Part shown: positions 1 to 13,329 of the stretch, piece by piece
Layout of the letters: every line of letters starts with the position of its first letter
How positions within the stretch are numbered: the stretch's first letter is position 1
DNA from: Octopus bimaculoides
Lineage: Eukaryota
Reading direction: 5' to 3'
Length of the DNA stretch: 64,000 nucleotides
NCBI RefSeq assembly: GCF_001194135.2
Contig: NC_068994.1
Location: 42,935,904 to 42,999,903 of the forward strand
The notes under the pieces: model-generated
Told to the model about the DNA's origin: nothing
The model's input: the letters and a program-made list of their open reading frames with translations, nothing else
Databases searched by the model: none
Position numbers and translations under genes: made by a program

Positions 1-22
1 ATATATATACACACATATATAT

Positions 23-66
<44 letters not shown>

Positions 67-259
67 GTGTATGTATGTATGTATGTATGTATATAAAACA
101 AAATGAATGTGAACACAATTTCAGTTAGATATATGAACAGACTACCATTCTTAGAATTTTCTTTAACGTAAAAGTATTCGAGGCTATTTTCATTAAAAGA
201 AGGCCAGTTTCTTCCAATTCATCTCACCAGAAAATGGTACCAACTTGCAGTGTATTCAT

Positions 260-302
<43 letters not shown>

Positions 303-320
303 CATACATACATACATACA

Positions 321-356
<36 letters not shown>

Positions 357-564
357 TATACATATATAGGTACATATATAATCCATAGATTATTTTGTTT
401 TTATTTTGTTTTTCTCTTTACTTCAACAAATGGTGAAAATAACTTCTCTCTCAGTGGACATAATAAATGGGGGTAAATTAAAGACTAAGAAAATACTTTT
501 TTTTATTCATCTGTCAGGACAGCAGATAATAATAATAATAACAATAATAATAATAATAATAAGG

Positions 565-630
<66 letters not shown>

Positions 631-689
631 GTAATAATAATGTTAATATGAAAAGTAGTATAAAAAAAGAATTGAATTATTAGTGTGCT

Positions 690-1075
690 GGTCATGATTG
701 ACAAAAGTTTAGGTCAAATAAACTGGAATATTATGATGAAGCAACTGATGAAGTAGACACATCGATTGTATAGGATAGCTCTAATGGTTCAATCTGTTAG
801 AGAAAATTTGTAAAGAAATTGTTTCTAAAGTCTGCTACTTGTTCTTCCAAGCAATAGTTCTTGTTGCCAGTGATGAGTTGTGTAGCGATTTGCAGAGGAA
901 ATTCTATAACTTATAATATCATTTACTCCAAATGGAATCTGTTTAGTAGATCAGCTTGAGTGCAATATGTAAGAAATATGGTATCTTTTTGATCTCTGCG
1001 TGTTCACCTGCTGTGAATCTTTGAGAAAAACATTTCCTTCTCATTGAGCATATTATCTTCTTTTCCGAATGCAGC
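690..1075 (-). mobile_element. Highly degenerate RTE-like LINE reverse-transcriptase fragment
   Basis: Minus-strand translation gives broken pieces resembling RTE RT motifs (LEEQVADFRNN ~ EEQAGFR; TFVNHDQ ~ AFDCVDH), with stops and frameshifts. Confidence 0.3.
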
Positions 1076-1221
1076 GTAAGGTAGATTTTTTTTTCTTTCC
1101 TTTTTCTTTTTTCTTTTTCTTTTTTCTTTTTCTTTTTTTTTTTTTGTTACAAGGGAGGGACGTTTGATGTAATGTTATTATTTCCATCTTGATCGGATCA
1201 TCAAAATATTGCTAGATGACA

Positions 1222-1335
1222 ATGATGGTGATGATGATGATATGGTGATGGTGATGATGATGATATGGTGATGGTGATGATGATGATATGGTGATGGTGA
1301 TGACGATGATATGGTGATGGTGATGACGATGATAA
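1222..1335. repeat. 23-bp minisatellite (GATGATGATGATATGGTGATGGT)n derived from a trinucleotide tract
   Basis: About four to five consecutive units are visible. Confidence 0.8.
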
Positions 1336-1448
1336 TGACAATGACGATGATGTCAATGATGAGATTAACAAGAAAATCATTATAACATTGATAAATTGAT
1401 AAAGATAAGACAAAAAAGTAAAAAAAAATGTGTATGTGTATATATGTA

Positions 1449-1487
<39 letters not shown>

Positions 1488-1638
1488 ATATGTATATAGA
1501 TATGTATATATATGTATGTATGTATATATACATGTGTATTATATAATTATATATGTATNNNNNNNNNNNNNNNNNNNNNNNNNNNNNNNNNNNNNNNNNN
1601 NNNNNNNNNNNNNNNNNNNNNNNNNNNNNNNNNNNNNN

Positions 1639-1684
<46 letters not shown>

Positions 1685-1775
1685 TTCATATATAGATATA
1701 TATGTATATATATCTATACATATATATATATACACACATATATGTATGTATGTATATATATATATATACACACAG

Positions 1776-1810
<35 letters not shown>

Positions 1811-2129
1811 CATGCATGTACATACATGCAAGGACTTAGAAATGACAAACACCAATGACAACAGTTATAATGGTGGTCGTGGTGACGGTGCTGGTGATGG
1901 ACAATCATGACAAAGGCAATGCAAAAGAAAAAGAAGAGAAATGCAGAAAGAGAAGAATAAGGATGAAAAACCGAATGCCATTGCTGTTTGATGGTCAGAC
2001 TGACCACCACCTGCCGATAATGACAACTAACTTTTCCTTACCACTCAAATAATGGCTCGTACCTTTCTTTGTAATTTGCATCTCCTTATGGATAACAGGA
2101 GGAGGTATTCAAAGAGAATTTCTATTTCA

Positions 2130-2690
2130 CCACCATCGAAACTACCACCACCACTACTGCCATCACCATCATACTCCTGCAACCACCATCACGACCATTG
2201 TCACCATCACCGCCATCATAGCGACCATGATCACCATCACTGCTACCACCATCTTAAACACTATTACCACCATCATCACTACCACCACCACCACCACCAC
2301 CACCACCACCACCACCTTCACCATCACCACCACCATCACTACNNNNNNNNNNTACCACCACCACCACCACCACCACCACCACCACCACCTTCACCATCAC
2401 CACCACCATCACTACCACCACCATCACTAATACCACTACTTGACCACTATCACCACCATCATCACCATTACCACCACAACCACCACCACCACCACCTTCA
2501 CCATCACCACCACCACCACCACTACCACTACCAATTTTCCCACCACCACTACCATCTTGACTACTATTACCACCATCGTCACCACCACCACCTTCACCAC
2601 CATCACCACTACCACCACCACCATCACTACCACCGCCACCACCACAGACAGCACTACAACCATTACAACAACCAGGCTCATCTGATATTC
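2130..2690. repeat. (CAC/CAT/TAC)n compound microsatellite
   Basis: Directly visible; source of the spurious His-, Thr- and Pro-rich ORFs. Confidence 0.95.
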
Positions 2691-3059
2691 ACAGACATCC
2701 ATCAAATATGAAATATACAATTCGTATTTACAGTTGCACACACACGGGCACACACACACATGCATGCATATACATTCACACAAGCACATGCCTAACACAT
2801 ACATACATACATACATACATACATACATACATACATACACGCACATGCACACATATTAATACAACTGCCAATAAAGAATCTCTGGACAAAGTCACCAAAG
2901 GAAGCTGCAAACTTCATTGGCAGGTGGATTACAAGCAAGTGGGGGGAGAGGGGGGAGGGTGGCTTGAGAGGGGTGGGTGTATGAACTCCTGCTGGAACTG
3001 ATATTGGTGGCTGTAAGCTTGATTAAAAAAAAGGAAGAAAAAGGCAAGAAACTATATTG

Positions 3060-3525
3060 CTATTCACTATGATGATGATGATGACATTGACCAAGACTTC
3101 AACAATCGGTACCACAATAAGTGTGACAATGTAGATGATGCTGATGATGGTAGTTGCGGTGGTGGTGGAGGTGATGCTGATGGTAGTGACGGTGATGGTG
3201 ATCAGGACGATGAAGATGATGGTGATGTTGTTGATGATGGTGATGGTTGTGGTGGTTGTGGTGGTTATGGTGGTTATAATGACAATGATGACAATGATGA
3301 TGATGATGATTGTGGTTGTTGGTAGTGGTGGTGGTGGTGGTGGTGTCGATGGTAGCGGCTGTGTTGACAGTGGTAGTAGTGGCCGTAGGGCTACTGCCAC
3401 TGATGTAATGATGATGATGATGACAACAACGATGATGATGATGATGGCTGTGGTGGTGGCAGTGGCAGCGGCAGCGGTGGTAGTACTGAGGGTGGTTGTG
3501 GTGGTGATGATGAGGTTTAGGATGA

Positions 3526-3582
<57 letters not shown>

Positions 3583-3660
3583 CAGCAACAGTAGTAGTGA
3601 TGGTGGTGGTGGTGGTGGTATAGAAGGTGGCATCAGTGGCAGCAGCGGTGGTGGTGGTAA
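3060..3660. repeat. (GAT/GGT/TAG)n compound microsatellite
   Basis: Directly visible. Confidence 0.95.
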
Positions 3661-4134
3661 AATTATGTTCTCCGAAAGCAAGAGAGCAAGAAATCGCGGT
3701 CAAACATATCTAAAGAAATTATTGCTGTGTCTTGTGTGTGAGAGATTCCATTATGATTTATCAGGAATATCTTCACTGACTTTTTTTTTCTATTTTTTTT
3801 TCTTTTTCCTTTTTTCCTTTTTTTTTTTTGTATGTATGTTAAATGAAATCGCTGATATATCAAATCAGTTTAGCAGCTGAAACTGAAATACATTTATTTC
3901 TCTTCTTTTTTTGATAATGTATCAGAGTATGTTGCATGTTCTTTTAGAAAACAGCCAGCCTTGTGTTACAGATATAGCACAAAACTCTAGGGGAACGGAT
4001 TTGTATATACCAGTAACAATTCACCTGAGGCAAAAAAGCTCAAAGGAGTGTTTTGTATGCTAAATATATATACATCCGCTAGGGTATCACATATGTAATA
4101 CAGTTGGTAAAAATAAACTCCGAATAATCTTTTT

Positions 4135-4562
4135 ATCTTATATTTGTTTCAGTTATTAGACTGCGGCCACTCTGGAGCACTGACTTGAAGAATTCTTAGT
4201 TGAATGAATAGACCCCAGTGCTTGATTTTTTTTCCCTTTGTTTTCAAGCCTAGTGTGTATTCTGTTGGCCTTTTTTGCCAAACTGCTAAGTTACAGGGAC
4301 GTAAACACACCACTATCAGTTGCCAAGGAGTGGTGGGAGACAAACACAGACATAAAGACATACTATCACACACACACACGTGCATGCACGTACACACACA
4401 CATGCACACACACTTTCAGTTTCTGTCTACAAAGTCCATTCACAAGGCTTTGGTCAACACAAGGCTACTGCAGAAGATACTTGCCCAATGTACCATGCAG
4501 TTGGACTGAAATTGAAACCCTGTAGCTGAGAAGCAAACTTCTGACGATGCAGCCACACCTGC
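4135..4562 (-). mobile_element. tRNA-derived SINE, family A (CORE-like box ACCTTGGGCAAGT, internal (CA/TA)n), near full length
   Basis: Matches many other copies in the window (about 5365-5600, 9815-9985, 36865-37070, 38600-38990, 39425-39770, 41270-41625, 47680-47890, 55655-55850, 57070-57330, 59150-59250, 62440-62615). Confidence 0.85.
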
Positions 4563-4739
4563 AAGATTTTTTTGGAAGTAAGCAAGAACAACCGGGATTT
4601 CATATATAAACATATATGCAAAAGTAATTTAAATGATGTCACGACTATAAAACAAACAGCAGGAAGTGGTCAGATACCTTGGCTTGCAAGTTATTGGTTA
4701 CATTTGATAGTTTATGCCACCTAGATTACATATTTAGTT

Positions 4740-5170
4740 GTGAAAGCTAAATGTAAAAAAAGTATAATAAACTTAGCAATGGTGTGAAAACTTTTGGGAG
4801 CTCAGAGAGAATGTTTTTGGTTTTATCCACACAGAAATTGAAGCTCTGATGCATACATCAAGTACAGGGTTAAATGGTAGTAAGAAGATTTGAATGCAGG
4901 TTTGAAGAAGCTAGAATCAGGGATAATCTATCAGCTATGAAAATATTAACTTACATGATGTTCAGAGCATTGTTCAAAAGTTAGACTAATAAAACAATTT
5001 ATTAGAATAACCTGATGTATGCTAGAGAGAGGAGTATGCTGATATGGAGATGTCATATCAATTAAGAAGGATAATGGGTAATAAATACAGTATGCTAATA
5101 GTGTAAGATATCCCTCACAATGGAAGACAAAAGCTGTTGAGAGGAATCACATTATAATGGACTCACAGGC
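4740..5170 (+). mobile_element. Degenerate RTE-type LINE 3' coding fragment
   Basis: Remnant motifs such as LMYARE...RSMLIWRCHI, resembling the LMYA..ERSMLRWMC region of RTE ORF2 downstream of RT; multiple stops. Confidence 0.4.
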
Positions 5171-5657
5171 TGGAGAAAAAAAAAAAGAATTACAACTGAC
5201 CCCACCACTCCTTGACAATTTCAAAGCCATGCCAGTAAGCAAAGTGGGCATTTAAAATTGCTTAAAAAGCTAATGCTAAACTTACAGGGATAATTATCCC
5301 TCTCACTCTGTGTTTCTTATTATTATTATGTGTGTGCGTGTGTACATATATATATGTATCAAGTGGTGGTAGAGGACAAACACAGACATGAAGACACACA
5401 CACACACACACACTCACGCGCGTACACACACACATACACACACACACATATATATACATATATATGATATCCACTCACAAGGCTTTAGTTGGCCCAAAGC
5501 TATAGTAGAAGACACTTTCCCAAGGCGCTACACAATGGGACTGAACCCAGAACAATGTGGTTGGAAAGCAAGCTTCTTACCGCACAACCATGCCTGCACT
5601 ATACATACATACATATATATATATGTGTGTGTATATCAATATCTATCTATCTATCTA

Positions 5658-5688
<31 letters not shown>

Positions 5689-5812
5689 NNNNNNNNNNNN
5701 NNNNNNNNNNNNNNNNNNNNNNNNNNNNNNNNNNNNNNNNNNNNNNNNNNNNNNNNNNNNNNNNNNNNNNNNNNNNNNNNNNNNNNNNNNNNNNNNNNNN
5801 NNNNNNNNNNNN

Positions 5813-5875
<63 letters not shown>

Positions 5876-6879
5876 CACGTATGAATGTAAATACATACAT
5901 GCACATTCATTCATATAAGTGTGTATGTATATACACATAAATACAAATATATATGTATACACACACACTCACACACACACAAGCACGCATGCACACACAC
6001 ACACACATGAAATTGAGCTTCAGATCTAGAAATAGGCAAATAGATTCTAAATGGCTTGTACCAATTTTTTTTTTTTGTCTTTTTCCTATAATATATCATT
6101 TTTCTTTTGTTCTCATTTGCACAGCATGGATTTGTGTATATTTCACGCAATCCCGATAAGTGCTGCAATTTTAATTACCTTGTTGTGTAATGGGAGCTGT
6201 AGAAAACTCAAGAATTCAGCACGCTAATGAACTAATTCAATGATCTGAATAATTTTATATACATTTAATGATAAATAAATTATATTTGTCATAGCTAATT
6301 TATGTGGCTTAATGCCAAATAACTGTTAATTGTTGATAAATACATTATTTTTGAAATTTAAAGCAAAGCAATGTTAGCAAACCTGATAATATTGGTTTCA
6401 TAGATATGCCAAAGAATTAATAATAAAATTTTGTTTTGAGATATATATTTATCACTGTTGAATTTATTTTAGAAATAATACAGTATATATATATATATTC
6501 TATAATCTTTAATGGTTATCATGTCTTCATCAAAGAATTCTTTATCATGTAGTGTGGCACCATAGGCACAGATATGTCTATGAAATACAGAAAATTCACT
6601 TTTCAAACATGTAGTTTCTGGGTTCAATCTTGCTGAGCAGTAACTTAAGCCAGGTGTTTTTTGTCTTTTGTTTTTTTTTAGTGTAGCCTCATGTTAAACA
6701 ATATCTATAACTTATGAATAGAATTTGGTAAAAAAAAAATGCAACTGAGACAAAACTTCGAAGTGATGTGCATAAATATGAACTTGTCACTAGTTCAAAT
6801 ATACTTGAGGCACACTCGAACATGCAAGAAGGCTATTCACTAAGTTTTACATTGAGAAAATTTCTCACTGTTGATGAAT

Positions 6880-7810
6880 GGTTTTAATTACACCAAATCA
6901 GCCTGCAGCACCACCTGACTAGACTGTGGGATTCATACATTTCGAAGTAGTTATCTCCTCTTCAGCCATAGAAACCAGCAACAAGTTTGGATTTTTATGC
7001 ATGTGTATAAATACGACAAAACAGCACTGCAAGCTGACACAAGAGATTTCTCATGTGGTATTCTTGTTATCATTCAATGACTGGTAGTGCTATTCAACAG
7101 CTCTGGTTTTTGTGACTGAAGAGGAGATAACTAATCTAAAATGCATACACCCCACAGTGTGGTCAGATGGCACAGCAAGCTGATTCAGTACATTTACACC
7201 CATTTATCAACAGCAAGAAATTTTCTCCATGACAAAACATGCTGAATGGTTTTCTTGTAGGTTTGAGTGTGCCATCAATAAATACTATTATAGACACTTC
7301 ATTTCAAACGTTGAAAAAATCATGTAGTCTAAAAAATTTCACAGTATTTATACTTGAATAAAGGCATGAAAGACTTTATCTCGTATCATCTCAAAGTTAC
7401 AAGAATTCAATAAGGTGATTTGTTTATTTGCTTAGCGATTTCGTAGAGGAGTGAATTACTGCCAGATTTGGCCAGTTCAAACAAATAAAGGGGAAATGAT
7501 TTCGGCTAGATTTGGCTAGAATGAATACTAAAGAGTTTGGAAATACTTGTAACAAGTTTGTATTTATGTGGATCATTGCTTAGCACTTGTCACCCTGTTG
7601 TTTATTTAAGGTGAGCTGCTGAATAGCACAACCAGTCTTTGAATGATGATGGGAATATCGTAAGAAAGCTATAGTACTTTGTATCAGCTTGCAGTGCTGT
7701 CTTGTCTGATTTTTATTGCTGAAGAGGAGATAACTTCTGCAAAATGCATGCATCCCAGAATAAACTCAGGTGGCACTGCAAGCTAATTCAGTGTATTTAG
7801 ACCCACATGT
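6880..7810. mobile_element. Inverted/direct repeat element with three degenerate hammerhead motifs (Penelope pseudo-LTR or retrozyme-like remnant)
   Basis: 6880-6975 is the reverse complement of 7105-7200 and of 7715-7810. 7010-7105 is the reverse complement of 7608-7710. Each A block contains CTGAAGA-GGAG-ATAACT(A)-...-(G/A)AAA-TG(C/T)A-T(A/G). Confidence 0.6.
6931..6969 (-). ncRNA. Degenerate minimal type I hammerhead ribozyme motif (best-preserved copy)
   Basis: Minus strand reads ATGG-CTGAAGA-GGAG-ATAACTA-CTTC-GAAA-TGTA-TG-AAT: intact CUGANGA and GAAA core and a 4-bp stem II. The cleavage site is mutated to UG. Confidence 0.55.
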
Positions 7811-9667
7811 CAAGAGTGAGGAATTTGCCTCATAGATATTTTGTCATTTGCATAGTATATGAAATATAAAGTGAACCCAAATGTAAGGAAAGATAATTCT
7901 GTTGGGCATTGATATTGCAGAATATTTCTGTTTAAATGCACTAGTTTCTCACACCATACTGATACAAATAAATACACACACACATAAATATATGAATACA
8001 TAAAAGTACACACACACACATACATACTTGTATACACATGCATTAATGATATCTGTTCATATTCCTTCATATATTTTACAAAATTTAAACTGCTTAATTT
8101 ATTAAACTTAATAATTGAGAAGGATGAGGGGGAATAAATATGATTGTTATAAATATAGTTATTATAAATATCATAATCATAATAATATTGTTCAAACAAA
8201 ATTACATTTTCTCATTTTCTAATTTTTCTTTTTTTTTTGCTATATTTCTAATATTTTTGGAAATGTCTTAAGTAAAAATTTCTGTTTAAAATTATCAATC
8301 TTGTGGCAACTACTACTATTTAAAAAAATAAAAATTATATTATTGAAAAATTTTATGACAGTAATTACAACAAACTAAAATTAATTTCTAATTGCATTTC
8401 TGTAAAATTCCTCAATTTCATAAACCAATCAGTAAAAATTCACTTCATTAAGCGTTGATTAGATACTTCATTAAAACTTCTCATTCCTGCTATCACAATT
8501 GGAAAATATCTGGAAAAAAAAAACTATTTGTGATTTATATTTTTCTTGCTAATGCTACTTTATTTCATTTTTTTACTGTTTTTATTTATTTACTTATTTG
8601 TTTATTTTTTTATTTTATCTTGTTTATTAATTTTTTTTTTAATCTTTCCTTCCGAAAAGCATCAATAAATCATTTCTTCAATAACCATTTATTAACTATT
8701 GGCGTTATCATTAATCTTCAGATAGCATTTATCAATTCTTCACCTATAAGAAATCTAAAATTGTTGCTATGAATAAATGGATATGCAAAAAAATAACAAC
8801 AACAACAACAACAATAATAATAAATCGAAAAATAAAAACATAAAAAAGAATGAGAGAGAAATTAAATATATCAAGAAAAAATATCTAAATATATGAATCT
8901 AAATATATTTTTCAATAGTAATAAGAAATTTTTCCGTTTGTTTTTTAGTCATAATAAACTATGATTTAGAAATCATATTTGAAGGAAAATCCTCATCAGT
9001 GGAAATTAATTGTCGTTGCTGCTGCTACTGCTACTGCTGCTGCTCCTGCTGCTACTGCTACTGCTGCTGCTCCTGCTGCTACTGCAGTTGATGTTTAATC
9101 ACAGGTCAGCTCTGAATGAGAAAACCCATGATCAAAAGGTAAAGGTGTGAGGTCTAGTGATTAAAATGTTGGACATAGGGTCGTAAAGACATGGATTTGA
9201 TTCTCAAGAAGAGTGGCACATTGTGTCCTTGAGCAAGGCAGATCATTTCATGTTGCTTCTATCCATTGAACTGAAAACAAATGTATTTGCGACTAAGTGA
9301 CACTTTGCAGACTATTTACACCAAATCTTGCAAATACAAAATGTCAACAGCTCTTCACAGTTAGGAACACTGGATGGTGGTGGTGGTAGTGGTGGTGGTG
9401 GTGGTGGTGGTGGTGGTGGTGATGACAGTGATCAGGATGATGATAATGATGATGATGCAAATTCCAATTGTGACCACCCCAGATAAATATTTTCCACTGT
9501 ATCTTTCCTTTTATTTCTTTTTAAAGAAGTTGGTGTTACTTAAAAAGAACAATATTTCACTGCTATTTCTAGCAAGTTGAACAACAGCATAGATGCTCCC
9601 TAATTTTGCTTGATAAGAATTAATAATACTTGATGTGATATTTCACTTAACTGTGATATGTTCTCAC

Positions 9668-9751
9668 CACAGCCAATGATGTAACATTTTCCACTGCTCG
9701 TTGGGAAGTGCTATATTGGTGATGTAAAGATAACAAATGCACAGCCTTGCG
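9668..9751 (-). CDS. Candidate 84-nt symmetric exon (phase 0: RKAVHLLSLHHQYSTSQRAVENVTSLAV)
   Basis: Acceptor gtatatttcag| and donor GTG|gtgaga. Length is divisible by 3, phase 0 is open, and the sequence is unique. Confidence 0.38.
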
Positions 9752-9989
9752 CTGAAATATACTTCATTAATAGCAATGTGATTATTGAGTTAAGTGAAGT
9801 AATACAACAAGCAAGGCTGTGTGGTATGAAGCTTGCTTCCCAACCACATGCTTCCAAGTTCAGTCCCACTGCATGGCACTTTGGGCAAGTGTTTTCTACT
9901 ATAGCCTCAGATTGACCAAAGCCTTGAGTGGATTTGGCAGACAGAAACTGAAAAAGGCTTGTTGTATATGTATATATATATATATAGTT

Positions 9990-10468
9990 TTAGAGAAAAG
10001 AACCAAGTCTGTTGTCAGCAATTAGATCATTTGAACCAAGATTTGAAGAAAAATAGACCCGCTTTATTGAATCAAAAAGGAGTGATGTTTCATCAGGACA
10101 ATGTGCGACCCCCTGCTGCAAAGATCACATCACAGAAGATGGAAGAGCTTGGTTGGGAAAAAGTTCCTCATCCACCTTATTCTCCTGACCTTGCTCCTTC
10201 TGACTACCATTTGTTTCATAGTTTACAGAATCATTTGGGGGACATAACTTTCGCAAGCCAGGAGGAGCTCAAAACTAACATTTCAGAGTTCTTCACTTTG
10301 AAACCAAAAGAATTTTACATTGATGTGATTAAAAAGCTTGTAAATAGATGGAAGGAAGTCATAGATAATCAGGGAAAGTACATTGATGATTAAATTTCAA
10401 TTAAACATAACATTTGATCACTTGTTTTCTTTATTCAAAATTTGGACAGAACTTATGAGATTACCTGA
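9990..10468 (+). mobile_element. Mariner (DD34D) transposon 3' fragment: transposase C-terminus plus right TIR
   Basis: ORF 9959-10393 contains HQDN...LGWEKVPHPPYSPDLAPSDYHLF with exactly 34 residues between the catalytic Asps. The element ends ...GAACTTATGAGATTACCTGA|TA. 5'-truncated and abutting a SINE (TA)n tract. Confidence 0.9.
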
Positions 10469-13329
10469 TACATGGAATACAAAATACAGAGTACAAAAAA
10501 GATAAAGTAAAGGAAAAGAGTTATGTAATAGTCTTATCTTGACAGCTGTTTCAGGCCCATCATGGTTTATGCTATAACCATATTCATACATGATAAAGAC
10601 CCATGATGTTGCAGGTGTTTATAATAACAAAAGTTTTGATGGATTTGTTAGGCAAGGCTGGCTACCATCATTAGTAGAAGATAGTAAAGGCAAACAGTAA
10701 CCATAATTAAGCTGCTGCTATTTTGCTTTGGTCTGATTTACAATGTGGGGTCTGGCATTGACATGCAAGAATATAGGCACTTCCCTGTTTATTTATGCTA
10801 GATATGTCCTGGCTAATATAAAATTATTAAATTAGTTCTTCAATTTACTGACAGTAGGATTGGGATGTTACTATTTCTCTTGGTTGCAGAAACAACCTTG
10901 ATAGTATCGTCAAGATTCCTTGACGATACTATCAAACAGTAACCATTACATCTTGTGGGTGTAAAAGGAGTTTTGATATGTATTCAGGTGATTCTTTATT
11001 AGACAGCTATTATCAGAATCTTTTACTGTTGTCATACAAAACACATCATCAATGATGACTATTCTTTTCAAACATGGTTGCCTTTCATTTTACACAAGAA
11101 GGAAAAAAGAGACTGTCAAAGTTTACATCTTGTTTGCAGCAGTTAATTCATGTCGAACATAATTGTCCATCTTCCTCACTTTACTGATCATTGCATGATA
11201 ATGTCCTGCAGATGGTTTTGAAACCTTTCAATTATTGATGAGAGATTAAACAATAGCCTTAGGATCACCCTTTACAACATGTTTCAATGTTTCACTGATT
11301 AACACTGATGGGGAGTGTCTAGGAGGTACATTATTCAAACACGTGTCTCCAAATCAAAATTTATTGAGCCATCTTCTTCCTTTTATTGCATTGCAAGTTC
11401 ACATCCCAAATCCATCATTGATATTCTCAACAGCATGAGATGCATTCTTGTCAAGTTATTATGCATACAAAAGCAAAAGGCTGACTTCTTTTACAGATAG
11501 CATTTGTAAAACCAAGGGAAGAACATTAAAACCTTCTTATAACCAACAATCAAATTTAAGATTTCCTAAAACTATGATGTCAGCAAATATAGAAAATGTG
11601 TAGTAAGAGTTGATGTTTTAAAATCTACTAGTATGTATTCGTGGAAACAAATTTTAGAAAGTGACCACTTGATGTAGGACAACATCTACAATAATAAACG
11701 TGAAATTCTGTCTGTCCCCTATATCTCAGTCTACATAGACATATACCTTTTTGGAATCAGGTTGATCCCAGGATTGAAAATCTGCCTTTCATTTGGCTCT
11801 TGAACATTCAGCATTGGGATCTGGTTTAAAAGCATTTGGGTTGCTTTTTTTGTAGTAGGAAAAGCTTGGCTGGTTCATACCATCTTGGTTGATGTTTGTC
11901 AGATGACTTCAGAGATCAAAAAGGAGATAAATAACATTTACTTTGTTAATTCTACGTTGAGACAAGAACTTTTGGACAAATTGGCCAATACTTGGAATTC
12001 AACTTGAGATTAGAACAATAAAATGATTGCATTACAAAATTAATTCTCATCCATCCTTAACCTCTGATCAAACAACACCAGGGTATATAATCTTTATAGA
12101 CATATCATAGTGATGCTATTTAACTTGCTTTAGTTTTAGGGCTGCAGGCCCAATTAGACCTCCACAGGAACTAGCTTAAAATTCAACGCAGGTTGAAGCT
12201 TTTAAGCTAGTAGTATATATATGTATATAACATCTACATATAACTGGATGTTAAGCATTCAATGTAGCACTGTTTTTAACGTTGTACACTGTTATCCAAG
12301 CTTGACTTAGTAGTCTGAGCATATTAACATTTTAATTAATAAAGCAACTAAGGGAGACAACATACATTAAGTTTTATCATGACCTCATTAGGAAATTTTA
12401 TACTTTACCATATTACCCCATATAGCAATGAACGAATCACTAAGGAAATGTACACTAGGTACTGTAGAGAAATATAATTATTTAGAGAGTAAATAACTCT
12501 AATTTGTATAACAGATACAGTGTCAAAATCAGTGAGAGCATAATACAAAACATAAAACAGTATCCATTCAATGACTATCTTATTCTCCATCAAATTGGCC
12601 ATATGTAATAATCACTGTATTAATCTTAATTATGTTACCATAGAACTGATTATTGAAGAATATGAGAAACATTATATTAGATTGTCTTGAGTTTGTTTCT
12701 TATCATAAAAGGTATATATTCCTTGAAGCAAATAGGAAAATAAGCCATGATTAATAAGTTTATTTGTTATGAAGTAATGTCTCACACATACATACACATG
12801 TACGTGTATGTATGTATGTATGTATGTATGTATGTATGTATGTATGTATGTATGTATGTATGTATATGTATATATATATATANNNNNNNNNNNNNNNNNN
12901 NNNNNNNNNNNNNNNNNNNNNNNNNNNNNNNNNNNNNNNNNNNNNNNNNNNNNNNNNNNNNNNNNNNNNNNNNNNNNNNNNNNNNNNNNNNNNNNNNNNN
13001 NNNNNNNNNNNNNNNNNNNNNNNNNNNNNNNNNNNNNNNNNNNNNNNNNNNNNNNNNNNNNNNNATATATATATATATATAAAATAGAGATGTGTATGTA
13101 TTCACTTTCCATGCGGAAATGGTTTAACCAATTGCTTCCATAGTTGTGTTGCATGAATAAGTTGATCTCAGACACATGTTAGGCTCTTCATTTGATTTTT
13201 TGTTAAATAAAAAATATTGTTTTTTTTATATTAGATTCACATCTTTGAAAGTTAAAAAAAATATTTACTGTCAGTTTTCTAGTGTCAATGATGTAACAAC
13301 TACATGTATGTATACAATGCACCATTGAA

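Noticed and set aside
2052-2711. 219-aa His/Pro-rich ORF (and the similar Thr, Val, Ser and YI/HT-rich ORFs throughout)
   Set aside because: These are translations of tri- and dinucleotide microsatellites, often spanning N gaps. All frames give homopolymers, with no splice or codon evidence.
3700-3711. 12-nt match to the 5' end of miR-190 (AGATATGTTTGA, minus strand)
   Set aside because: The sequence diverges immediately afterwards and no precursor hairpin is evident.
9710-9751. QGCAFVIFTS resembling the CELF/Bruno RRM RNP1 motif (phase 1 of the 84-nt exon)
   Set aside because: That frame stops within a few codons and no other RRM sequence is present, so no gene symbol was assigned.
11000-11520. 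Possible decayed LINE coding sequence
   Set aside because: No motif could be read confidently enough to assign a family.
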